Shown here one piece after another: positions 49,262 to 59,923 of a stretch of 64,000 bases of DNA. The position numbers and the translations under genes were made by a program. The stretch lies in IMG/VR virus record IMGVR_UViG_3300035520_000906; one strand, given 5' to 3'. This DNA is from an uncultured virus (IMG/VR IMGVR_UViG_3300035520_000906) (lineage: Duplodnaviria > Heunggongvirae > Uroviricota > Caudoviricetes). How positions within the stretch are numbered: position 1 is the stretch's first letter; each line of letters opens with the position of its first letter. The notes below the pieces were generated by a model. That model had not been told where the DNA came from. It saw nothing but the letters and a program-made list of their open reading frames with translations, and made no database searches.

Positions 49262-49882
49262 TTACTCTTCTTTTTCTTCTTGTCTAATCTTCTTAGTTAT
49301 TTTAACATCTACTGTTATATTATGCTTTAATGGCACTCTCATTGAAACTGATTGGCTTGTAAACTTTATTTCTCTGCTAAAGTCTTCTACTTTTATATTT
49401 ACTACTTCAGTAGCAGTAATATCCTCAACGAATATCTCACAGTTTACAATGTAATTATCTGATATTGACCAATGCTGAATACTCTGAAAATCCTTACTTA
49501 ATCCATTGTGAATGATTGAAACATCAGAAATAATAATAGCATCATACTTTTGTATGTCTTTACTATTAAATACTCTCTTGTTTTCTCCAGTTCCTACTGT
49601 TATTGTTCCACCATCATATAAATTTATTAACTTACTTATTGGAATTATAATTGTATATTTCTCTTGTTTAGTATTTACTATATTGTATTTCTTAATATTA
49701 TCTAATGCTTCCTTGATTATATCAAGTGCAAGTGATACTTCTTTTGCTTTTCTATCATCGCCGTTACAATTATCTGGATGATATTTAATCATTAGTTTCT
49801 TGTATTTCTTTTTAATAGTATCGCTTGTTTCAACACTTATATCTTCAACACTAAATAGTTCCAATGCTTTTTCTAAGTTCAT
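49262..49882 (-). CDS. J-domain (DnaJ-type) protein
   Basis: N-terminal IKKKYKKLMIKYHPD J-domain with HPD motif; unrelated C-terminal domain. Confidence 0.85.
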   Translation of the reverse strand: MNLEKALELFSVEDISVETSDTIKKKYKKLMIKYHPDNCNGDDRKAKEVSLALDIIKEALDNIKKYNIVNTKQEKYTIIIPISKLINLYDGGTITVGTGENKRVFNSKDIQKYDAIIISDVSIIHNGLSKDFQSIQHWSISDNYIVNCEIFVEDITATEVVNIKVEDFSREIKFTSQSVSMRVPLKHNITVDVKITKKIRQEEKEE

Positions 49883-49953
49883 ATCTGTACTTTCCTTTTT
49901 ATCATTGTTAATTAAAAATCTACTTTTTATACTGACATGATGTTTTTATTGTT

Positions 49954-52908
49954 TTATAAATTATTGTATAGGTCGTAAGCTGTTGTATTAATTACATAAT
50001 AATCCATTGCAAGCCATGTTAAGAAATTAAACCATTTCTTTGTATCTGAATCAAGTTGTTCTTCAGTAACACCAGCTGCTTTGTATGCATACTCTCGCAT
50101 ACTCATTTCTCCATCTGTAAGTAGTTTCTCACATAGGTTCATTCCCCAACTTGGTATATGTTTATACTCAACACTGATATAGTCATTTGTTTTTACAGAA
50201 TCCAGATTACTCTCGCCGTTTGTCAGTATTGATATGATTTCACTAGTTGCATCTTTGAGTTCATTTGCAGCTTCAATGCAATCTTTCAAATTACTGCTTG
50301 TGTTTAACTTATTTTCTATAAGTTTACTTATCTCTTCATCTGTTAAACCTGTATTGTTTGAACCTTCTTGATATATGTATATCTTATCCCCATTGAAGTA
50401 TAACCCAGTTGGTGAGTAAAATACCAAATATCTATGCCCTACTTCATTATCTAGTAGTACATCTCCAGGAATTGAATTGTCTGTTGAACCTATTATTATA
50501 AGATTATCATCTGATTCTCCTGTTTCACTATCAATATACTTGTCTGTTGTTATTTCATAGCTGTCATCAAATATATGCATCAAATCACATTGATATGCTA
50601 TAAAGTCTTGACACTCTTTGTTATATCCTAAACTATCTGCTGCTTGAATTAAGTTTCTTCTGACACTTACAAATGAGTCTGTGTCTATACCTAACATCAA
50701 TGATTGCATCCATACCTGCGCTTCTTCATCTTTTGTCCAATAGCCACTATTGTACATTTCATATGCTAAGTGACCAATCAAAATAGCTTGCTGATGTCCA
50801 TCTGCGTCGTCAAATCCCTCTTCATCGTAATATTCATATGTTTTACCAAATAAAGCTTCCACTATTTCTGACTGCTTAAGTACAGTTAAATCTCTTATTG
50901 CTATATCTGTATCTTTCCCTATTTCCTCTCCATCTATTTTATAATCTGCTTTTATTTTATTACTGCCCATTACAAAATTATTAAATATCAAAGCTGACAT
51001 TACATCAGCATATGCTTCACTGATTGCAGTTGAGTATTTTCCACCAGATACTGCTAAATCAGCTTTGCTGTTATTGTATATTGCATGTGTATATTCATGA
51101 CCAAGAACTGTTGGGTCACTAGCCATTGAGTTTACAAAAGTATTAGTTATGCCAATGTACATTCTTTCAGATACTTGATTCCAAGCAGCATTTGTATTAA
51201 GGTTTCCTACTTTGTATTTATCACCCATATTCAATCCTAAAATGTATACGTCACTTATATTAGTTGCTGCTGATATTTTTGAACCCTTACCATCATAGGA
51301 TACTATTCCAAATGTATTATTGTAAAAATCATATGCTTGTTGTAATGCGTATAATGTTTCAACCTCTACTGCATCTTCTTTATCAAATTCTGATGTGCCA
51401 GATACAATCCATTCACATGCTCCTATACCACATAATGATACATCTGTAAACTGTTTACTAGTTATTAACCCTTTAAATGTAAAGTCACTTGATTCTATAG
51501 AACGCATAATTTCTATATTTCTATCAGGATCTATCAATGTGTATCCACCAAAGCTAACTGATAAGGAACCAATAGTATTGATAGTACTATTAAACTCGTC
51601 TGTTCCAGATATTTCTGCTCTTGATTCTGTAATATTGATTGCTGAATAGCTACTGTCATCAGTCATTGATACAACTTCAAGTGTATTTTTATCTATATAT
51701 GCTGTTGCTGTGCTATAATAACTAAAGTAAATAGTTACTTTTTCATAGTATTTATTATCTACTATACATGTTCCTTCATCTGAATATGCAAATTCATCTG
51801 TACCTAAGTAACTAATTAAAATGTCATAGTAATCTTCTGAGTTTATCTCTACATCAGAACTCATTGTATCTGTAATATTTTCTGTGACTTCATTTACAAT
51901 TTTTATAGGCTTAAATGTAATATTATCTACACACACTAACACATAATTATCTGTTATAACTATATCATTATAGCTGGCTGAAATTGTGTACTGTGTAATA
52001 TCATTTGTTGAGAATGTTGAATATGAATTAAGTGTTATGTTACTATCTATCCCTAATGTATCTTTATATAAATCTACTAGACTCACTGCATCTTTTTCAT
52101 TGTATACAACTACACTTCCAAAGTCTCCATAGATATATGCAATACTGTTATCTTCTCTTTTAGCGATTTGTATATTAGTTTCACATGTATTATTTTCAAC
52201 AGATGCTATATCTATTATATCATCTGTGCTATATACTTGTTCTTCATCTGTTTCAATTATACAATCATATGTTATTTCTGATTTTGCAAAGAATGTTTTA
52301 TAAACTGCTGTTAATTCAACACTTCTATTACTGTTTACACTATTAACTGTTACATGACCATCATCTGATATAGTTACTGCATTACTGTTAGTTTCCCAGC
52401 TGATATTGTACTCCTTATCATCATCGTCTGTAAATGTTGTTAGTAGGTCAAAATCATTCTTAATACTCTGTTTTGTATCATCTTCACTAAGTTCAAATGG
52501 ATAATTCATGTGGTCTGTGAAGAATTTATCTTGTTTATCTTGTATAATCTTATGTGTCACTTTATAAGCTACTATGATTATTATAATAAATAATAAGAAT
52601 TTTAAAAATCTATGCTTTTTCTTTGGTTTTGCATACTGAGGTTGCTGTATATTATAATATGCTTGTTGATTTTGGTTATACTGCTGATTATATTGTTGCT
52701 GCTGATTATTGTAATATCCTTGCTGTGTATAAACACTCTGCTGTTGGTTTTGATTATATTGTTGCTGACCGTTATATTGTCTCTGGTTGTTTTGATTATT
52801 TTGGTTATATTGCTGATTATTATACTGTCTCTGATTATTTTGATTGCTATATTGCTGTTGATTATTGTTATAGTGTTGCTGACCCGATGTGTAATCTTCA
52901 TTATTCAT
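49954..52908 (-). CDS. Membrane-anchored M4 (thermolysin-family) zinc metallopeptidase
   Basis: NAAW, DPTVLGHEYTHA (HExxH), STAISEAYAD (third ligand E), DGHQQA; Q/N-rich N-terminus, one TM, Ig-like segment. Confidence 0.85.
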   Translation of the reverse strand: MNNEDYTSGQQHYNNNQQQYSNQNNQRQYNNQQYNQNNQNNQRQYNGQQQYNQNQQQSVYTQQGYYNNQQQQYNQQYNQNQQAYYNIQQPQYAKPKKKHRFLKFLLFIIIIIVAYKVTHKIIQDKQDKFFTDHMNYPFELSEDDTKQSIKNDFDLLTTFTDDDDKEYNISWETNSNAVTISDDGHVTVNSVNSNRSVELTAVYKTFFAKSEITYDCIIETDEEQVYSTDDIIDIASVENNTCETNIQIAKREDNSIAYIYGDFGSVVVYNEKDAVSLVDLYKDTLGIDSNITLNSYSTFSTNDITQYTISASYNDIVITDNYVLVCVDNITFKPIKIVNEVTENITDTMSSDVEINSEDYYDILISYLGTDEFAYSDEGTCIVDNKYYEKVTIYFSYYSTATAYIDKNTLEVVSMTDDSSYSAINITESRAEISGTDEFNSTINTIGSLSVSFGGYTLIDPDRNIEIMRSIESSDFTFKGLITSKQFTDVSLCGIGACEWIVSGTSEFDKEDAVEVETLYALQQAYDFYNNTFGIVSYDGKGSKISAATNISDVYILGLNMGDKYKVGNLNTNAAWNQVSERMYIGITNTFVNSMASDPTVLGHEYTHAIYNNSKADLAVSGGKYSTAISEAYADVMSALIFNNFVMGSNKIKADYKIDGEEIGKDTDIAIRDLTVLKQSEIVEALFGKTYEYYDEEGFDDADGHQQAILIGHLAYEMYNSGYWTKDEEAQVWMQSLMLGIDTDSFVSVRRNLIQAADSLGYNKECQDFIAYQCDLMHIFDDSYEITTDKYIDSETGESDDNLIIIGSTDNSIPGDVLLDNEVGHRYLVFYSPTGLYFNGDKIYIYQEGSNNTGLTDEEISKLIENKLNTSSNLKDCIEAANELKDATSEIISILTNGESNLDSVKTNDYISVEYKHIPSWGMNLCEKLLTDGEMSMREYAYKAAGVTEEQLDSDTKKWFNFLTWLAMDYYVINTTAYDLYNNL

Positions 52909-52986
52909 AGCTTCTTCTCCAAATCTTTATCTTTGTTTTGTTGATGTTGTGTGTTTTTAGTTATGTTATCCCTTTTTATAATAATA

Positions 52987-53026
52987 GGCTTTGGAGTTCT
53001 ACTATTAAGTACTAAACTCCAAAGCC
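52987..53026 (-). terminator. Terminator hairpin
   Basis: 12-bp stem GGCTTTGGAGTT/AACTCCAAAGCC after ftsH. Confidence 0.7.
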
Positions 53027-53033
53027 CATATGT

Positions 53034-54860
53034 TTAAACCAATTCTGTTTTTGTATTATGTTTCTCTTCGATTGCTTTATCAAGCATTTCAAGTGTTGGT
53101 TGAACTATTGTTTTCTGCTCTATCAACATATCCCTCAAAGCTAACAATCTTTCTTTGTTGTTTATCAAAGTTTCTGTAACTTCCTTATCAAGTTTACTAA
53201 GGATTATTTTACATTTATCCTTTGTTTCATTCTGAATTTCCTTTGACACACCCATTTCTATAAGTGTATTTTCATTTGATAGATTATTGTTATCAAATGC
53301 AAAAGATGAAATCATATTGTAAACATTTCTTGTTGCCACTTCTATATCGTTGCAACAACCTTGTGTATGCTCACCGTATGTTATTTCTTCTGCACACTTT
53401 CCAGCTAAGAGCATCTTGATTTCATTTATATAATCACTCTCAAATCTGAACTTCTGATCTCCTCTTATATCTAGGTCAGTCATTGTAACTCCACCCATGC
53501 CTGAACTATAAGGAATATTAGAAACTTTTGAAATAGGATTGTTCTGTAACAGACTTACTAATGTATGTCCTGCTTCATGTACAGAAGCTATTTCTTCATC
53601 ATGTTTTGATGAGTGATTCTTTGCTACACCATCTGTATGCAACTGCATTATAGCTTCATCAATGTCTCTGTACTGAAGTATTCCCCCTCTTCCATCTTCG
53701 AGTGAAATATAAACTGCACTGTTAAGTGCCTCTTCTACTTCAGCACCACTTAAACCAACCATAAGTTTACTTACTTTTTCAAGTGTTACACCTTCATCAA
53801 TTTGCTTGTTTGATAAATAAAATTCTACAAGCTCATCTCTATCATCCTTATTGTCTGGAATTCCAACATAGAAGTGTCTATCAAATCTACCAGGTCTTGT
53901 TAATGCACTATCAAGATCTTCTTTTCTATTTGTTGCTCCAATTACTAATATTCCATTAGCATCATTAAGTCCATCCATTCTTTGTAACAGAGCATTTAAT
54001 GTTTGGTTATGGTCTTGACTTGCACCATCTCCGCCTCTTCTTCGTCTACCTACACAATCAATTTCATCTATAAAGATGATACATGGAGCATTAACTGCTG
54101 CTAATTCAAATAAACTTCTTATTCTTCCTGCACCAACTCCAACAAATACTTCGTCAAAGTCAGAACCACTGCAACTTATAAATGCAACTCCTGCTTCTTT
54201 TGCAATAGCCTTTGCTAATAAAGTTTTACCAACTCCAGGAGGTCCAAAGAATAACATTCCTTTACATGGTCTAGCTCCTAATCTTCCAAGTTCTCTCCAG
54301 TTTCTCAACTGTAAAATTATATATTGAACTTCTTGTTTTGTTCTTCCCATACCCTTTACATCATTAAAGGTTGTATGATTATTCTCGCTCTTAACAAGTG
54401 TAAACATCTTAGTGCTTGCACCCATTATTGTATTTGCTAAGTAAACAGCTAACATTGCTACTATAATCATCATAGGCAATGTACTTAATATAGTTAATAT
54501 AGAATCAAATGTAGATTCTTTCTGAATTGCTACGTCTACACCTTTTTCCATAATCTCTTGTAAAAAAGTATCACTGTTTGGATTTATTGTCTCATATGTT
54601 TTACCATCTGTTGAATGTATATAAATAATTCCATCTGTCTTATTTAGTGTGATATCTTTGACTTCACCATCTTCTATCATTGTATAAAATTCATTAAGTG
54701 TGATATCACCTACTTGTTCTCTTGAATCTTTAATTCCACTAATGACAGCAATTATTATATATACTATGAATATAATGATAATACATATTCTTTTAAAGTT
54801 TACTACTCTTTTCTTCTTATGAGGCTTATTTTTAAGCTGTTGCTTATTTAACTTAGCCAC
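53034..54860 (-). CDS. ftsH: ATP-dependent zinc metalloprotease FtsH (divergent)
   Basis: Two TM, Walker A GPPGVGKT, pore FVGVG, Walker B IIFIDEID, SRH ATNR..DLDSALTRPGRFDR, HEAGH. Confidence 0.95.
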   Translation of the reverse strand: MAKLNKQQLKNKPHKKKRVVNFKRICIIIIFIVYIIIAVISGIKDSREQVGDITLNEFYTMIEDGEVKDITLNKTDGIIYIHSTDGKTYETINPNSDTFLQEIMEKGVDVAIQKESTFDSILTILSTLPMMIIVAMLAVYLANTIMGASTKMFTLVKSENNHTTFNDVKGMGRTKQEVQYIILQLRNWRELGRLGARPCKGMLFFGPPGVGKTLLAKAIAKEAGVAFISCSGSDFDEVFVGVGAGRIRSLFELAAVNAPCIIFIDEIDCVGRRRRGGDGASQDHNQTLNALLQRMDGLNDANGILVIGATNRKEDLDSALTRPGRFDRHFYVGIPDNKDDRDELVEFYLSNKQIDEGVTLEKVSKLMVGLSGAEVEEALNSAVYISLEDGRGGILQYRDIDEAIMQLHTDGVAKNHSSKHDEEIASVHEAGHTLVSLLQNNPISKVSNIPYSSGMGGVTMTDLDIRGDQKFRFESDYINEIKMLLAGKCAEEITYGEHTQGCCNDIEVATRNVYNMISSFAFDNNNLSNENTLIEMGVSKEIQNETKDKCKIILSKLDKEVTETLINNKERLLALRDMLIEQKTIVQPTLEMLDKAIEEKHNTKTELV

Positions 54861-54894
54861 TGTTGTTATCCTCCAATTTCATTATTTTTAAAGT

Positions 54895-54941
54895 ATATTA
54901 AGGAGATTCCACTTATTTATTATTGGTAATCTCCTTAATAT
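54895..54941 (-). terminator. Terminator hairpin
   Basis: 14-bp stem ATATTAAGGAGATT/AATCTCCTTAATAT. Confidence 0.65.
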
Positions 54942-54955
54942 TAGTTGTTTACAAC

Positions 54956-56641
54956 TTATTCTTCAGTTGTTTCCACTGTCTCAGTCGTTTCAGTTGTGTC
55001 TGAACTAATTATATCTGATGCATCTATTTCTAATTCCTCAACATCGTCATAGTAATCAGATAAATCCCAACCCTGTGCCTCTGCATAAGATGCCATTACT
55101 GTGTTAACATCAGTAATTAAGTTTGTTGTTAATGTTGTAAATGTTGTTCCATCTTCATCAGCTTCAGGATCATATGAATACCAGTCAGTATCAAGTGACC
55201 AACTGTCTACATAATCAAATCCTTGAAGTACCCAGTTTGTATATTCGGTACCATCCATAACAAACATGCAATAGCTGTAAGATGATAACACATCATCTGT
55301 TAAGTAGAATACCATTATAACATGTGGCTCCCACTCTTCAGTTTCTGTTGTTGCTTCTGTCTCTGTGCTTTCCTCTGTTGATTCCTCATCAGTTTCATCT
55401 GTTGTATCATCTGCTGAAAGTGCTTCAATCATTGCATCAACCATTACGTCTGCAAATTCATCACTCATGCTAGAATAAAGTAACTTAACTGCATCTCTAC
55501 CAACAAGGTCAACTCTATACTCTTCATCAGTTGTTTCACTATCATCAGAGTCTAATGTCATTTTATAAAGTGTAACTCCATCATTTCCAACTGCTTGAAT
55601 TGCATTGTTCATAATAGCTACAATCTCTGTATCCTCTCCAACTGAAAGAGATTCTTCTTCAGAACTATATTTATAAACCTTTCCAGTATTTAAAAATATT
55701 TCTGTGTATAAGTTATCTGAATCCTGTGTGAATATTTCACCGTTATCGTTGTACAGATAATAACTATATGTTGAATCACCAGTTTGTACCTGTGCATATG
55801 TGTTATTATTAATGATTGCATCTGTAAATAAAGCTACTTTATCTTGTACAGCTTTAATTTCATCTGCATCTGAAATGATAACACTATCATATTCATAAGT
55901 TGTTATACCAGTTACTACTGTTGTATCATCATCACTGGTTGTATCCTCATCACTTGATGTATCATCACTGGATACATCAATATCTGTTGTATCATTGCCT
56001 GATGATAACTTATCAATAGCTGTCATAACAGTTACTTTAAGAAGAATATATCCAATAAGAATACCAGCTACTAAACCGAGTAAAAGCCATAATCCTTCAT
56101 TCATGCTGAACTTGAATTTTTTGTTTGACTTATTATCAGTATCATCTGATTTTACTTCTTTTTTATCTTCTTTCTCTTCTTTATCAGATGCTGGCTCATC
56201 AGTTTCCTTAGCTGCTTTCTTTTCTTTAAGAGCTTCTGACTTCTTTGCCTGTTTGGATTTTTTGCTAGGCTTCTTATCTTCCTTCTTAGGCTCTTCCTCT
56301 GTTTCAGCTTCTGCTTCGGATTCTTCTTCAGATGATGCTTCCTCTTCTTCAGATGATGCTTCCTCTTCCGCTGTTGTAGTTTCTTCGGAATCTTCTGTTT
56401 CTTCGGATTTTTTCTCTGTTGTCTCTACTGTCTCAGTTGATTCAGCTTCTTCTGTTTCTGTATCTTCAACTTCACTTGTTGCTTCCACTTTTTCTTCTTC
56501 AGCAGCTTCTTCTGCTGGTGCAGCTTCTTCTGCTACTTCAGGTGCTTCTGTTTTTTCAGGTGTTTCTGTTGTTGCTTCTGTTACTTCGGTATTTACTTTT
56601 TCAAGTTTATCTTCTTTTACAGACGCCTTTTTGTTGCTCAT
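54956..56641 (-). CDS. Highly acidic single-TM membrane protein
   Basis: E/T-rich N-terminus, TM GLWLLLGLVAGILIGYILL, D/E/T-rich external domain. Confidence 0.8.
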   Translation of the reverse strand: MSNKKASVKEDKLEKVNTEVTEATTETPEKTEAPEVAEEAAPAEEAAEEEKVEATSEVEDTETEEAESTETVETTEKKSEETEDSEETTTAEEEASSEEEEASSEEESEAEAETEEEPKKEDKKPSKKSKQAKKSEALKEKKAAKETDEPASDKEEKEDKKEVKSDDTDNKSNKKFKFSMNEGLWLLLGLVAGILIGYILLKVTVMTAIDKLSSGNDTTDIDVSSDDTSSDEDTTSDDDTTVVTGITTYEYDSVIISDADEIKAVQDKVALFTDAIINNNTYAQVQTGDSTYSYYLYNDNGEIFTQDSDNLYTEIFLNTGKVYKYSSEEESLSVGEDTEIVAIMNNAIQAVGNDGVTLYKMTLDSDDSETTDEEYRVDLVGRDAVKLLYSSMSDEFADVMVDAMIEALSADDTTDETDEESTEESTETEATTETEEWEPHVIMVFYLTDDVLSSYSYCMFVMDGTEYTNWVLQGFDYVDSWSLDTDWYSYDPEADEDGTTFTTLTTNLITDVNTVMASYAEAQGWDLSDYYDDVEELEIDASDIISSDTTETTETVETTEE

Positions 56642-56737
56642 CTAAATTTCCTACCTTTCTTTAAAAATCACTATCCTATATGGTAATGTATTTTGTAGTA
56701 TATCTCCCTTTTTACCATTGTTATTAAACATACTAAA

Positions 56738-56965
56738 CTATGATTGTGCTTCTACTTGGACACTGCTAGTTGTTGTAATTTCTTCTGTTGAAATATTCAT
56801 AGAACCAACGAATACTACATACCCTATAATGATACCTACTAAAAAACCAACGAGGAACCATGCAAAGTCTTTCATAGAAAACATCTTACCTTTAGTTTCT
56901 GCTGTTTCTTCAACCTTATTCGCTTCTTCAGCCACTTCAGTGTCCTCCCCCATCACAATAATCAA
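56738..56965 (-). CDS. Small single-TM protein sharing its TM motif with 54956..56641
   Basis: FSMKDFAWFLVGFLVGIIIGYVVF; likely start MGEDTE at 56953. Confidence 0.65.
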   Translation of the reverse strand: MIIVMGEDTEVAEEANKVEETAETKGKMFSMKDFAWFLVGFLVGIIIGYVVFVGSMNISTEEITTTSSVQVEAQS

Positions 56966-57016
56966 AATAAAAATCTTTTATCTACAAATACAGGTCACTA
57001 AACATGCACCTCAATT

Positions 57017-58069
57017 TTACTTTGTGCTATCTTTGTATGTTACCACCATGTTTCCTCCAAGCCACACAGCACTTGATGTAGCTTCATCCATGGTATTGAA
57101 ATTTTTATTATATCTGTACATTTCAGCACTCATCTCGTCTGCTTTATTAAGAATATATGCTTCAGGTACATTCATACTAATGGGACTTCCAAATTCTTTC
57201 TGTCCATGATGTGCTAGTATTAGATGTTTTAACAGTGCTACTGCTTCTAACTCAAAATCTAATTGGTCTTGTGGCTTTTCAGGTGTTTGCTCATTTACTT
57301 CATTGATTGTGTATGTTTGGTACCCAAGTCTAAGTCTATATGCTTCTATGTCTATCAATGAAACACACATTGTTATATGTGTTTCTAATGCTGATTCTTT
57401 ACTATATGACGTTGACCCACTATTTCTGTCTACATCTAATTCTAATGTTTTTGCTATATCATGCAGTAATGCACCAGATAATAATAGTGGTTTATTTATA
57501 AAGTTTGGTCCATATTTAGCATCCCAATAGTCAGCCAGTATATCACATTGGTCTATAACTTCTGCTGTATGAACTATTAAGCCACCTAATACGTTATGAT
57601 GCATACCGCTAGCTGCTGTCCAAATACAGAAATCTGACCAATGATTCACTAATATATTGTATACTAAATCCTTATATACTGATTCAGAAATTATTGAAAG
57701 AGCTGATTGAATTGTTTCCTGAGCCTCATCCATTCCTTCTGCCCATTCTACAAAATTAGCTGGGTCTTCATTATAAACATCAAAGTTGTATATTGTGCAA
57801 CTGTATCCAGTAGGACTTTTTGCATATGGCTTAATATCTATTGCCCCACAATATACTCCACCATTGTGCATCATCTGAATTTCACTGTCACTTGCTCCAA
57901 ACTTCTTAGCATCAATTTTGAACTCTTTATCACACATATTAAATGCTATGAACTTTGTTTTTCCATCTTTTTGAAGTCTAACATCAACATCTCTCGCTAA
58001 AAATATCCCAAACACTCTGTTATTTATATTAGCTTGAAAGTCAATGTCTTTTACATGTATGTATTCCAT
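57017..58069 (-). CDS. yhaM: YhaM/Cbf1-family OB-fold + HD-domain 3'-5' exoribonuclease
   Basis: AASGMHHNVLGGLIVHT, LLHDIAK, ILAHHGQKEFGSP...PEAYILNKADEMSA; N-terminal OB-like region. Confidence 0.85.
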   Translation of the reverse strand: MEYIHVKDIDFQANINNRVFGIFLARDVDVRLQKDGKTKFIAFNMCDKEFKIDAKKFGASDSEIQMMHNGGVYCGAIDIKPYAKSPTGYSCTIYNFDVYNEDPANFVEWAEGMDEAQETIQSALSIISESVYKDLVYNILVNHWSDFCIWTAASGMHHNVLGGLIVHTAEVIDQCDILADYWDAKYGPNFINKPLLLSGALLHDIAKTLELDVDRNSGSTSYSKESALETHITMCVSLIDIEAYRLRLGYQTYTINEVNEQTPEKPQDQLDFELEAVALLKHLILAHHGQKEFGSPISMNVPEAYILNKADEMSAEMYRYNKNFNTMDEATSSAVWLGGNMVVTYKDSTK

Positions 58070-58273
58070 AATATTCCTAATGCCTCCAAATATGTCTATT
58101 GTTTAGACCCAATAATTTTAAAATACTAATTCTCATATTACCAATGTTAATAATAAGGCAGTTATTAACTTTTGTAATGTATATTAAATAAAATAATGAT
58201 TTTTAATTATAAAATAATAATTTGCAATTATCTATCCATATGTCTTATGTATAGGTATACTTATTCATATTTA

Positions 58274-58361
58274 GTGTATAAATCCTATTAACTTGTTCAA
58301 AAATGCCCAACTTTTCAACAATCTTATCCACTTATCCACAATCAGAACCAAACATTTGTTC
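58274..58361. promoter_or_regulatory. DnaA-box cluster with adjacent LexA(Cheo)-like box
   Basis: TTATCCACA 58332-58340 (perfect), TTATCCACT 58324, TTTTCAACA 58312, reverse TTATACACT 58274; AAAC-ATTT-GTTC 58350-58361. Confidence 0.5.
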
Positions 58362-58529
58362 TATTCAAATTCTTACAAAATTTTTTAACTGGACTGTATA
58401 TTAAAATTTTGACCACTGATTACTATAATTTTGACCCTATGTATAGGAATTTTGTTGTGAAGTTATACTTAATAGTATTTTTTAATCACTAACCTATCAC
58501 ACAACTTTTATTTTTTCGTTTAATGCCAC

Positions 58530-58565
58530 AAAAATAGGGCATGCATCTCTGCACGCCCTATTTTA
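58530..58565 (-). terminator. Intrinsic (bidirectional-type) terminator
   Basis: AAAAATAGGGC...GCCCTATTTTT. Confidence 0.75.
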
Positions 58566-58575
58566 GGTTTAATTT

Positions 58576-59922
58576 TTATTTATCTTTGGTCACTTTATCC
58601 ATAATAAACTTGCCTGCACCACCAATTATTGCTGTTCCTGCCCAGACTCCTACAACTCCTAATCCAAGTACAGTGAACAGTGATGTTTTTAATAAATTGA
58701 CGTGTTTTGTATCGAAAAGTGCATCTTTTGCACTACCAAATGACATCTTCATTAAGTTCTTTTCAACATTTTTTACAGAATGTAACTTTCCCTTTGTCAT
58801 CTTATCTTTTCTTGGGTTTATTACATCACACTTGTACTGAAGTTCTGTTTTAAGTTTAGCCTTATTAAGTGCTGCTTCATATTCATCTGCATGCTTTGAA
58901 AAATCACCACGTTTCCATTCTAGTTTAGTGACTTTACCATCTGTTATTCTTATCACTTGAAGATGTGGAGCCTCTTTAAACACTTCCCATATGTTTTCAC
59001 AATTAAATCCATATGCCATATATAGTCTATTCTCTGCTTCATCATCAAGTGCTAGTATTCTTAACATTGGTAGTTCCTTAAATAGGGTATGAAATTCTAG
59101 AATGTCATACACTGTTATTCCGAAATTGTCATCCTCAAAATCAGAGGGATCAACTTCCTTTCCCATTACTCTGATTACACCGCCACATATACCAAACTGT
59201 GTTATCATTGATGCTGTATTAGGTTTAATTGCCTCTCTTATTAATGTTTGCCACATTATTTTATACATATAAGATGTTCCAGTTTCTGATTCAAATAATA
59301 ATTTCTTACGTCTTTGTATGAAATGTATACCTGTTGTTTTAGGTATTACCAGCTTATCTTTGGTTATCTTAAATGCATTTCCTTGTTGACTCGCTCTTAC
59401 ATTATTTACATGGTTGCCATTTTCATCTATAGTAAATGATGCTTCCTCCACTGGCACATCTTCATCAATCTGAGCACTTTTACTTACTTGTGTTCTATTT
59501 CCGTTACTATCATGTTCATCTGGTACATTATTAGTGTTCCACTTAGATACATCAACCTGTCTTTGCTTTCTCTGTTCAGCCTCATTAGATTCTACAGCCC
59601 TATTATATAATTCTTCAGCTGCCTGCTTGTTAGCTGTGTCTGCATCAACATTATTATTGGCTCTCTGTTTCTTAAACTCTTTAAATAAGTCTTCCATGCT
59701 ACTACTAAATTCTTCATTAGACATGTTTTCATATTTATTACTTTGTGCTGTCTGCTCTGGCTGAGCAGGAGTTCCCATAGGATCAAACTCCTGCTCAGGT
59801 TCAGACTGTGTTGCAGTTGCACTAGCTTGTGTATTATTCTTACTTTTTGTATCATGCACTAAATTGTTTATCATGCTTAAGAGTTCTTCATTAGATACAT
59901 TTGAATTGTTGTTTGTATTCAT
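58576..59922 (-). CDS. Hypothetical protein with C-terminal membrane anchor
   Basis: 448 aa, low-complexity N-half, C-terminal hydrophobic Gly-rich segment; abuts the ATPase gene. Confidence 0.75.
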   Translation of the reverse strand: MNTNNNSNVSNEELLSMINNLVHDTKSKNNTQASATATQSEPEQEFDPMGTPAQPEQTAQSNKYENMSNEEFSSSMEDLFKEFKKQRANNNVDADTANKQAAEELYNRAVESNEAEQRKQRQVDVSKWNTNNVPDEHDSNGNRTQVSKSAQIDEDVPVEEASFTIDENGNHVNNVRASQQGNAFKITKDKLVIPKTTGIHFIQRRKKLLFESETGTSYMYKIMWQTLIREAIKPNTASMITQFGICGGVIRVMGKEVDPSDFEDDNFGITVYDILEFHTLFKELPMLRILALDDEAENRLYMAYGFNCENIWEVFKEAPHLQVIRITDGKVTKLEWKRGDFSKHADEYEAALNKAKLKTELQYKCDVINPRKDKMTKGKLHSVKNVEKNLMKMSFGSAKDALFDTKHVNLLKTSLFTVLGLGVVGVWAGTAIIGGAGKFIMDKVTKDK

Positions 59923-59923
59923 T

